From assembly GCF_006345805.1 (NCBI RefSeq), contig NC_043008.1, positions 8,866,001 through 8,930,000 of the forward strand: 64,000 nt of DNA, written 5' to 3'. The notes below the pieces were generated by a model. That model searched no databases and was not told the origin of the DNA. It was given only the letters and a program-made list of their open reading frames with translations. Made by a program: the position numbers and the translations under genes. Shown piece after piece: positions 53,649 through 64,000 of this stretch (positions are counted from its first letter, which is position 1; each line of letters starts with the position of its first letter). This DNA comes from Octopus sinensis. Lineage: Eukaryota.

Positions 53649-53755
53649 ATTTCTTGTACGGTATACCGTTTCATCCGCTGTTTAATGGTAAACTAACCTG
53701 ATTAAATTAAATCAAGCCAATCTTCCATAAGCCCTCGGATTCTTCAGCAAGAAAT
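53649..53755 (-). ncRNA. Canonical type I hammerhead ribozyme with 58-nt loop II
   Basis: Minus strand ATTTCTTG-CTGAAGA-ATCCG-(58 nt)-CGGAT-GAA-ACGG-TATA-CCGT-A-CAAGAAAT: stem I 8/8 WC, stem II 5/5, stem III 4/4, intact core, GUA triplet (cleavage between 53657 and 53656). Confidence 0.88.
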
Positions 53756-54170
53756 AGCTCAAGTCGGGACAGATATTTACAACGAGGCATACCCAATCTT
53801 GCCAAGGCAATATCTGACCTAAAATTTTCAAATCGTCGCACTCGCGCCAAATTATCGGCAGCAAATAAATATCAGCCGTCGATTCCATTACGGAATTAAC
53901 CAAAAAATTCATAATTAATCAATATAGGGTGGCAAGGAAAACTTTGTAGAATTTTATTGCCACCAGTGGCAATAAAATTCTACAAAATTTTCCTTGCCAC
54001 CCTATATTGATTATTATGAATTTTTTGGTTAATTCCGTAATGGAATCGACGGCTGATATATTTGCTGCCGATAATTTGGCGCGAGTGCGACGATTTGAAA
54101 ATTTTAGGTCAGATATTGCCTTGGCAAGATTGGGTATGCCTCGTTGTAAATATCTGTCCCGACTTGAGCT

Positions 54171-54280
54171 ATTTCTTGCTGAAGAATCCGAGGGCTTATG
54201 GAAGATTGGCTTGATTTAATTTAATCAGGTTAGTTTACCATTAAACAGCGGATGATGAACACGTATACCGTACAAGAAAT
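54171..54280 (+). ncRNA. Inverted-arm copy of the same hammerhead with damaged core
   Basis: CTGAAGA (54179-85) and stems I/II are intact, but GAAACGG is replaced by GATGAACACG (~54254-54263). Confidence 0.6.
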
Positions 54281-54424
54281 TACAGGGTAAATGTTTTTTT
54301 AATTTTCTCCTTTTACGGAATTAATCTTTATTTGCGGTAGAAGCTTTGGCTGTTATTTCTAGTGGGTGAATGGCCTATTATGGCCGTTCCTTAATTGTTA
54401 ATATATATATATATATATACGTAC

Positions 54425-54459
<35 letters not shown>

Positions 54460-54576
54460 ATATATATATATATATAGATATAGATATAGTATAGATATAG
54501 ATATAGATATAGATATAGATATATATAATATATTTGAAAGCAGCAGAAATATCACAAAAACATATATATATATACA

Positions 54577-54897
54577 GGCATTCCGTCGCTTACGACGGTG
54601 AGGGTACCCATTGATCCGATCGACGGAAAAGTAGGCTCGTGAAATTAACATGCAAGCGGCTGACCACTCCACTGATACGCATGCCTTTAACATAGTTCTC
54701 AGAGAGATTCAGCGTGACACAGAATGTGACAAGGCTGGCCCTTTGAAATACAGGTACTACTCATTTTTGCCAGCTGATTGGATAAGAGCAACAGGAAATA
54801 AAATGTCTTGCTTAAGAGTTACAATGTGTCACCGGGAATTGAACTCACGACCTTACGATTGCGAGCTGAATGCCCTAACCACTAAGCCACGCTCCTT
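54577..54897 (-). mobile_element. SINE family D, full length
   Basis: Reverse complement of the 15518-15835 family from the GAAGGAGCGTGGCTTAGTGGTTAGG head to the CGTCGTAAGCGACGGAATGCC tail. Confidence 0.9.
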
Positions 54898-55285
54898 CAC
54901 ACATGCTCGCACGCACGCACACTCACACATGCATGCACACGCATATGCACACACACATATATACACACACATGCACACATGTATATATATACACACAAAT
55001 TGTTCTTAAGATTATAGTGGTTTATTTGATGGAGAATTGGCAGCTATTACTAGCAAATCGAGAAACGTCCAACAGGGCCCCATATGTTCATCTTGTTATT
55101 AGGGAAGATAATGATAGTGTGAGTGGCGGTGAAGCTGGCGGTGATGATTGTAACTGTAGAATTAGATTTGGTTTGTTAAGACCTCTCTCTGGCCCTAATA
55201 CGTTTTCAGAATCGGACTCGATTTGCCAGATGTGGAATCCAATGCTCTAATGTCAGTAGTAATTATGATAGTGTTAAACCATTCT

Positions 55286-55873
55286 TTCCAAATCTAGGCA
55301 CAAAGACCGAAATTTTGGGGAGGAGGCCAGTCGATTAAATCAACTCCAGTACGCAACTGGTACTTAATTTATTGACCCCGAAAGGATGAAAAGTAAAGTC
55401 GACCTCGACGGAATTTGAACTCAGAACGTAAAAACAGACTGCCCGGCGTGCTAACGTTTCTTATTTCTTTATTGCCCACAAGGGGCTAAACATAGAGGGC
55501 ACAAACAAGGACAGACAAACGGATTATCCCGATTATATTGACACCCGTGCGTAACTGGTACTTAATTTATCGACGCCGAAAGGAGGAATGGCAAAGTCGA
55601 CCTCGGCGAAATTTGAACTCAGAACGTAAAAACAGACTGCCCGGCGTGCTAACGTTTCTTATTTCTTTATTGCCCACAAGGAGTTAAACCGAGAGGGCAA
55701 AAACAAGGACAGACAAACGGATTAACCCGATTATATTGATCCCCGTGCGTAACTGGTACTTAATTTATCGACGCCGAAAGGATGAAAGGCACAGTCGACC
55801 TCGGCGGAATTTGAACTCAGAACGTTACGGCAGACTGCCCGGCGTGCTAACGTTTCTGCCAGCTCGGTGCCTT
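55286..55873 (-). mobile_element. Tandem trimer of SINE family A with a single 18-bp TSD
   Basis: ATAGTGTTAAACCATTCT at 55268-55285 and 55874-55891; three units all sharing the deletion CCGGGC^AGTCTG. Confidence 0.88.
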
Positions 55874-56886
55874 ATAGTGTTAAACCATTCTGCGATGCAG
55901 TTCAGCTCGCGTACAGCTGATGCACAGAGGTGATTGTGAATCAAACTGAGTTAGTTAAAAAGCCAAAATGATAACACGTCAGAATTGACAGAATAAAAAC
56001 CGATCAAATCTCAGGTTGTTATAGACTAGTCACAGAATTCATGCTTAACTGACTATAAAAGACAGCAACGAAGAAGAAGAGAGAGAGAAAAAAAGAGAGA
56101 CAGCGAAAGAGAGAAAGAAATAGAGAGAGAGAGCGGGGTAGATTTCTAGGTTGTCAACCTTTAATGAAGTTTTGTCTATCAGACATGAACATATTGTTCG
56201 GAACGTAACGTTGTATATGTATGAATATATGTGGTGATCATAGGTGATTGTGTGTGTGTGTGTGTGTATGTGTGTGTATTGTGTATCAATGTATGTGTCT
56301 ATGTATCTATGTACGTATATTATCATACACACACACATGTTATATATATATATATAAGTTCAGCAACAATTTAGATTCAAATGAATATGGTACTTAATTT
56401 AGATGCACCAGAATTTTGTCTGGTGTTATCCATAAAAATTTGCGGGGTGATTATAATTAAAAATAAGCGACAAGAATGACTCCGGTAATTTGGTACAATT
56501 GTTTCGCACTACAACATTTTATTAAAAGTTATAAGTATTACAGCAGATTTAAGATGTTGAGTGCTCTTCAGCCAATTATATATATATGTGTATATATATA
56601 TTCACCTATCGATATATATATATAAATATATGTATATATATATATATATTATTTTCTCTTGATTCAGTCATTTGACTGCGGCCATGCTGGGGCACCGTCT
56701 TGAAGAGTTTTTAAGTCAAATGAATCGACCTCAGGACTGTTTTACTGCTTGTTTTTTAAGGACTGGTACTCTTTTGCCGAACCGCTAGGTTACGGGGAAA
56801 TAAACACATCAATACCGGTTATCAAGTAGTGTTATGGGGCAAGCAGACACAAAGACACGCACATATAGGTATGCTTATATTTATAA

Positions 56887-56918
<32 letters not shown>

Positions 56919-56943
56919 GCACACACACACACACACACACATA

Positions 56944-57890
56944 TTGGGTCATCCCATAAGTAAAGCGGTTTTTTCAATTGAACAAAGTAAGAGTCGGAGA
57001 GGGACGGGATAAACTACCTGCATCAACTTCCTATAAAAGCAGGTAGTAATTTAACCTTGTCCTCATGCTTAGTGCACGTTTCGAAGAGTGCAGTTCGAGT
57101 TTAACAGTTATTTTTACAAAGCTAGAATTGGAGTGACAAAGGGGTATATTCGGCATATTTTGCTTCATGAGTTCAATAAAGGCAACAATGCAACGGAAAA
57201 TGCGAGGAATATTAATTGAGTATATGGGTGTCGGACAATAAGCGTAAGCCAGTGTAATCGGTGATTCTGGAAATTCCGAGCCGGAAACTACAGCCTAGAA
57301 TACGAGCTTCGTCTTCGAAATATGTAGGGCTAAAGACAGCCTTCACCCACGTAAGGTGTTGTTATCTGTTTGGTGGGATATGAAAGGTTTAGTTCCCTTT
57401 GAACTTTTAAACCAAAACCAAACCATAACAAAGGAGATCTACTGCGAGCAGCTGGAAGGGCATAGGTCAGCGCTCGAAGAAAAACGACCATCTTTGGTTT
57501 CAAGACGAAAGGTGTTCTTCCATCAGGATAATTCTTGGCCACATACAGTGAGGATGACATTCCAAAGGCTGGGGCAGTTTCAATGGAAAACGGCGCCTCA
57601 CCCACCATTTTCACCGAACATTTCCCCATCTCATATCATTTATTCCGCAGTCTTCCAAATGATTTGGACGGGAAAATACGAATTCTCTAAACGAGGTCAG
57701 AAGAGTTCTGGAATATTATTTTTTGTCACGGACAAGTGAATTTTGGAAGAGGAGCCTTGCAAGTCAATCAGGTAGATGGAAGAGAACTGTAGAAAATGAA
57801 GGAGAGTATATTTTAGATAAAACAAAAATTCGTTTAACTTAATTTTGAAAACTGAAAAAACTATTAAGAAACCGCATTATTTATGAGATG

Positions 57891-57896
<6 letters not shown>
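56944..57896 (+). mobile_element. Mariner element, internally deleted, both TIRs and TA TSD
   Basis: TIR TTGGGTCATCCCATAAGTAAAGCGGTT / AACCGCATTATTTATGAGATGACCTTA with TA on each side; HTH IRHILLHEFNKGNNATENAR..KFRAGNYSLE fused to LHPRKVLLSVWWDMKG..FHQDNSWPHT..PHPPFSPNISPS. Confidence 0.92.
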
Positions 57897-57926
<30 letters not shown>

Positions 57927-57932
<6 letters not shown>

Positions 57933-57960
57933 CATCCCATAAATGCTGCGGTATTTTATA
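57927..57960 (+). mobile_element. Orphan mariner TIR
   Basis: TAGGGTCATCCCATAAATGCTGCGGTATTTT matches the 56944 TIR; separated from the element by (TA)n. Confidence 0.75.
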
Positions 57961-57974
57961 GTTATTTCATATAT

Positions 57975-58325
57975 ATATATATACATACATACATATACGA
58001 CAAGCTTCATTCAATATCCCTCTATCGAATCTACTCACAAACTTTGGTCTGCCCGATGGTATAGTAGAAGCCGTCTACCTAAGGTGCCACTCACGTCGTT
58101 GGGAAGCAAACGTCTTACCACCCAGCTACGCACGTGCACACACACACACACAACTAATATTTTCTTTTTCTCTTTTATCTGTTTCCCCTCCCTAGTCAGC
58201 AGAATGCTGTGGTGCTACATTTAAGGGGTTTAGTCCCACAAATCGACCCCAGCATTTCTTTCTTTCTTTTCTTCTTTTTCGTACCGGATACTATTCTATC
58301 ACCTTCTTTTGCTGAACTGCTAAAT
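57975..58325 (-). mobile_element. Diverged SINE family B fragments (another B tail at 56655-56870)
   Basis: Head remnant AAGGTGCCAC..TTGGGAAGCAAACGTCTTACCAC and tail remnant ATGCTGTGGTGCTAC..AAATCGACCCCAG. Confidence 0.6.
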
Positions 58326-58527
58326 TACAAAGGAATATAATTTGTTATGTAAGATACGAATGACGAATTATACCAACTAATATTTCTCGATTTAGCCATT
58401 CTATACATAGAATCTTTTCGTAATGTTAACATTATCAACATGTTTATAATTCTTAATTCCATAATTAGATGTTCTGTCACAATTCTTATGCTTAAAGTTA
58501 TTCATATCAATAGACCTTTTGTTATTA

Positions 58528-58574
<47 letters not shown>

Positions 58575-58789
58575 GCTACTATCATCATTATTATTATTAT
58601 TATTAGCATTCATGTTTATACCAACTATACTGTCAGTATCTTTACACTTACGTCTGTGTCTATTAATATTAATACATTTATCTTCAAGACTTCTATTTGT
58701 ACCAATCATATTTGTATTATTATTCATTCTTACTTATCTTACTTAATAAGGGTACTTGATGTATTTATTTTTATTGCACAAGTCTCATC

Positions 58790-59800
58790 ATATTTGATAT
58801 CCTATCATTACCAGGAAATTTAGTATTTTGAGTCGGGATGTAATAAGTTTTATCCTTACACTTCAAGATAATGCGTGGTCATAGAACTTTTCCTTTTGTG
58901 CAAATATATCTTCATTAGTAGGAAGACTTGAAATTCGTGCTTATATGTTTTTTTATAATTGAATTTATGAAGTGTCTAGGATGATTAGAATCTTTATTTA
59001 CATAGCTGAGGCACTCATTCAGTTTGTGATATGGTTGGTATAGTTCTGTACTTAAATTACAGAGTAATATCAAAGAAGTTAACCTAACTGTATTCATTTT
59101 CTATGGACATAGACAGATCGAGACGCTTAAAGAATTGAATTCTAAAAACTTTTTCCCGGGCCTGTCAAGATTAACTTTACTAGACCTGTGGATTGTGAAA
59201 AGAGCGTCGTTCCTATACAATCCAACCACTAATGCAGGAAAGTTTCTATGTATAATGTTGAGAATGTAAATTCACACTAATTCAGTTACTTGTGCGTTGT
59301 CGTTGGACCCCATAGCAATGTCGAAATTATCAGGTCTATCAGTCTTAGTCTACTACTTTCCATCGAATTCTAGAATAGAGATTTTCTATCCGTTAGTATT
59401 ATATTAATTTTGCGTATAGAAAAATCTGAATTCTTCATCACGAAAAAAATGAAGGCCCTATTAGGGTTGATAGATGAATAATGATTTGATATATCTAATT
59501 GAATGAATTTAGAAACAGTTTCTTCTTAGTATCAATAAATCAGTCAAATACTTCCAAGGAATTTGACCATAATCATAAATAAGCATTTTGTCTGAGCTTA
59601 GGAATATGCTTATCAATAAGATTACTAATCTTACCGATATCTGATTTAGGCGGACAAATTAGCCTAACTTGTGAATTGCTATTGAAGTTAGCTTTATGGT
59701 CCTTTAAATTTATTGTGAGATTTTCAAATCTTTAACTATTTCCTTTACAATTAAGTTAGTGTTAAGTAAGTTTTCCTCAGAAGCTATTTCATAATCAACA
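58790..59800 (-). mobile_element. Penelope-like element reverse transcriptase relic (Naiad-type motifs)
   Basis: Minus strand LKDHKANFNSNSQVRLICPPKSDIGKIS, FIQLDISNHYSSI, FDIAMGSNDNAQVTELV*IYIL, VGLYRNDAL, RISSLPTNEDIFAQKEKFYDHAL; stops and frameshifts throughout. Confidence 0.85.
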
Positions 59801-59806
59801 TTCAGA

Positions 59807-59990
59807 AGGGCCCGGTTTCACTCGGGTTATAAACGCATAGCCTTAACACAGACAGACAAACAGACAGGTGTGTAGCCCAACCCCACAAATTTGTTGCCTC
59901 GTAACTTCCTGAAAGATGTATACTTTTTAACGAAATTTTCAACAAATACTGCTTAGATGATGTGGATGCAGAGTATATAATATATGTATG
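59807..59990 (-). mobile_element. Possible Helentron-type (HINE/DINE-like) non-autonomous insertion
   Basis: Short (GTCT)n tract and terminal stem-loop-like CCCGAGTGAAACCGGG on the minus strand; resemblance only. Confidence 0.25.
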
Positions 59991-60461
59991 TATGTAAAAG
60001 TAAAAAAAATAACAAACTGGGACAAGGACGTGAAACATTTAGAAGACGACACAAAAAACACGGACGGGACATTCGAAGCCTTCAATCTTCAGTCAAGAAC
60101 CGGATCATCTTCGCAATTTCGACTGATTAATCTTGATATATATATATATAACAAATAGTGAGGGATTATCAATCGGGACAAAATACTTCACCACAACTCT
60201 ATATTGTAAACTGGTTGTACATAACAAGGTAGTACATAAGAAATAAGCATGGAATTATTGTCATTAAATAAAATCCATTTATTAGAGGAAATTTTGGTTA
60301 CAACTGTTTCCAGTAGTCATTATTGATACATCACTGATAGGTTTTCTCAGTTGGTCCATTGATCGATTGAGGTAAATTGAACGGCCTAAGAAAACTAATA
60401 CGACGTTCGTCAGAGCCATTTCCGAAAATAACAAGCAGAGCACTACATATACATACATATA

Positions 60462-60526
<65 letters not shown>

Positions 60527-60797
60527 GCATATATATACATATATATATACATATATCTATATATATATATATGTGTGTGTGTGTGTACATATAGATATTT
60601 ACTTACGTGTATACATACATATATATGGAGATAGACAGGGATACATACACACATGTGTGTATGTTTGTGTGTGTGTTTGTGAAGAAAATAATACACGGGA
60701 AGTATATACAGATATGTATGTACGCATGTGCACACAGTCACGGGCAAATACATAAATAGCTCCATAGCTCGATTGATCGTTAGATAGATAGATAGAT

Positions 60798-60853
<56 letters not shown>

Positions 60854-61667
60854 TACATGCATATATATATATATATAGAGAGAGAGAGAGGGGGAGAAGG
60901 AGTGAGAGAAAGACAGAGAGAGAAAGAGGCATATTCATTATTTATTAAATATGTGAAGAGTAAATGCATCTTTAACATGTATGACTATTGAAATTTAGAT
61001 TTATACGATATGAGAATCAATTCGTAAGTAAACGAACAACAGAGCAGAGATAAGGAATGACAGGAAATAATGAAAGATGACAGTTTGGTACTTACACATG
61101 CGCAGTCGCACTCGTACACAGAACGACACACACAGAGAGGCACACATCCACATATACATTCACACACAAACAGACTAACCTTTTCAGACGTACACACACA
61201 ACAAATCGCAGTATATTGGACTTTTAATATTTACATTGTATCAATGAGTATTGATTAACTATAATGGACAAAGAATCTGATTGCATAGGTAGGCTAGCTA
61301 TTAGATATATTATAGATTGCATCAATTAAGAAGGCCAGCGATAATTCTTATAGGTTAATTCTTTTGTGAATTCTGTTATTATGAATTATGGCATAAATGC
61401 TTTAGGCTTGATCTAGGTTAAAAGTCATAACTTGTGTGACCAAGGGGAGGCATCATCTCACTGATAAGTAGAGAAATGCCACTTGCCATTGAGGTGAAGA
61501 ACTGGTGTATTTTTATAATAAGGTTGATTGAGTTATTAGCTATTTATACAGAATGTTTTCATAAACAGACCGAGATTTCTGACATGTTTTGTACATACCA
61601 ACACGCCCATACACACATGCAAGGACACACTCATATACGTACATGCACACACACACACAAATATAAA

Positions 61668-61708
<41 letters not shown>

Positions 61709-62227
61709 TATATATATATGTATGTATGTATATATATATGTGTCTGCGTATATATATATATGTATTCACACACACGCACACACACATATATATATACATA
61801 TATATGTACCTACACACTATATATAATAAAAAAAGTTCTTGGTTCTGTATTATATATTTGAAAAATTGAGTAGAGATGACTTTTGAGGGTTAATTTTTAT
61901 TTTGAATGCTTACACTGAGTGTCTACGATATGGATTTCAAGCATCAAATAGCCGTTTTCAAACTGAAAGATGTATGTTTTACTGGTTGCTTATATAGCAA
62001 AAAAATTCGTTACAAGTATACACATAAAATATATATATATATAAAAGGGGAAATATATATAATAAAAAGATACAAAAACATGTGTCTAGAAGAAGGAGAA
62101 GGAGGAGAAGAAGAAGAAATATAAATAAATATAAAAATAACAAAGACACATGACTAATAATGTTTGAGAACGGAGGGAAAAGGTGAGATAAGTCCACCAA
62201 GAATACACACACACACATATGTATATA

Positions 62228-62289
<62 letters not shown>

Positions 62290-63306
62290 CGAAGCGCATG
62301 TGTGTTTGTGTATGTATGTGTGTGCACGAGTATATTTGTGTTTGAGTGTGTATGTACCGTCTTGAATTCTAAAAAAACATTTTCCAATCATTTTCTTTGA
62401 ACGAACCGAAGATTCTAATTTTGTTTTGGGTCATTGACACCGTCTCACACTTTTCCAAAATGGTCGAAAATAACATACGTCTCTTCTCAACAAAGTAGCT
62501 TACATTTTCCTGAGTGAATCATTCATATTCTAGGTTACAATAAACATCGACTGTTAATAAGCTTGCACAAGGATGTTAATTTTTTAATAGATATTAACTA
62601 TCTTCCACGAAGCTATTTTTCTTACAAAATCTATGACTTCACGTCTAACACATTACTTCTGAAATGAGAATAACAATTATCTTTTGATATGCATTCCGTC
62701 TAGTATATAGGGAAATTCATGAGGTATTTTAAATGTTTACAGATAATTTTTATTCTGAAAATTGTTTGCGTAGTTTTATAAAGTGTGTGTCATGTCTAAA
62801 CTTAGATATGTAGTGTTAAATATGAATATTGAGACTTGCCCAATAATCCAGAATTGGTATCTTCCATAACTATTTACACAAAACGTGTAGGAGAGGTGGC
62901 GGAATTAATTGCCAATTATATTCATATAATATCTTTCAAACATTTCTGCCCAGAGCTTCTAATATTTTATTCGGTTTGGCTTTCTCTTCAAACTACATAT
63001 ACATACACACACACACATGTATATATATATATATGGAGACACAGAGAGAGACAGAGTGATAGAGAGAGACAAGCATATATATAGATATATAAGGACCTCT
63101 CAATCAATCACTCATAAAGGGGGTATATATATATGTACCCTCATAGCGTTTTCCCTGTCCTATTCATCCGTTGTTCCTTTTTCATTATATGTGTGCATCT
63201 CTATATATGTTTATATGTGTGTGTGTGTGAATGTGTGTATGTACATATTGATGTATATATGTATGTATACATGTCTATATTTTCTACATATATATTATAT
63301 ATATAT

Positions 63307-63357
<51 letters not shown>

Positions 63358-63449
63358 TATATATATATGTATCTATGCATATATATATACATATATATGT
63401 GTATGTATATATATATATAAGCAAAAATATATCTCTGAACAAAGTATAA

Positions 63450-63488
<39 letters not shown>

Positions 63489-63838
63489 TTTATATTTAAC
63501 TATATACATGTATGTATTATATAAGTATATATACATGCCTCTATGAACACTGAGAGTGGGGGCAAGGAAAAATAATTGGCAATTAAATTAATACAATGCC
63601 TTCGAAACATTTGTTCTCATCTCTGCTGCTATTTTAGCGGTTTAGGTGTCTCTTCAATTTTGATTTTGATGGTTTTAAAGGTTATTGTATTGATACCTGG
63701 AGTGACGACAGTATGTTTATGTGTATATACACATTTCTGTGTTTCTATAAATATATGTATATATTCATGTATGTATATACCTACCTACTTGTGTTAAGCA
63801 AGCATCTATGTATACATAGATGAAGGGGGCGTGTGTGA

Positions 63839-63893
<55 letters not shown>

Positions 63894-64000
63894 ACATATA
63901 TATACATTTGTACTTATATATATACGCACACACAGATATCTTCAACTACACATGCATATGAATATGTATATATATGTGTGTGTGTATTTGTGTTTGTGAG

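Larger units (their letters stand above)
53422..54402. mobile_element. Hammerhead-containing 490-bp terminally redundant unit plus ~438-bp inverted copy (retrozyme/Penelope pLTR-like)
   Basis: 54-bp direct repeat at 53423-53476 and 53913-53966; palindrome 53526-54402 centred on 53964-53965; flanked by (TA)n on both sides. Confidence 0.88.

Noticed and set aside
59270-59560. Selenocysteine read-through of in-frame TGA in the Naiad-type RT (reported for some Naiads)
   Set aside because: The TGAs fall at positions expected to be Gly or Trp rather than Cys, and the fragment also has frameshifts, so ordinary decay explains them.
60060-60135. Hammerhead from minus-strand CGAAAT..TCTTGA-CTGAAGA near the PLE relic
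   Set aside because: The core elements are in an order I could not fit to type I, II or III, and the element is truncated by (TA)n; it may still be a PLE terminal fragment.

Overview
AT-rich, microsatellite-saturated animal DNA with no confidently identifiable host gene. It is probably intronic or intergenic cephalopod sequence; the Octopus-like call is an inference from my recollection of these SINE families, not a database result. Almost all long ORFs in the six-frame track are microsatellite artefacts. Real coding signal is limited to decayed transposons: several R4/Dong-type (RLE-endonuclease) non-LTR fragments lodged in (TAA)n repeats, a Tx1/L1 fragment, an RTE/BovB-like fragment, two mariner relics, a Helitron Pif1-helicase fragment and a Penelope-like (Naiad-type) reverse transcriptase relic. 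There are also about 25 tRNA-derived SINE copies of four or five families and a hAT-type MITE with a perfect 8-bp TSD. The most striking signal is a cluster of type I hammerhead ribozyme motifs from four unrelated sequence families. Three of them (46.9 kb, 49.0-49.7 kb, 53.5-54.4 kb) sit in head-to-head palindromes with the ribozyme reading outward from the centre. One has a fully canonical fold inside a 490-bp terminally redundant retrozyme-like unit, and one is fused behind a tRNA-like Pol III head. Most TE boundaries are approximate (about +/-20 nt); the ribozyme, TSD and TIR coordinates were counted base by base.
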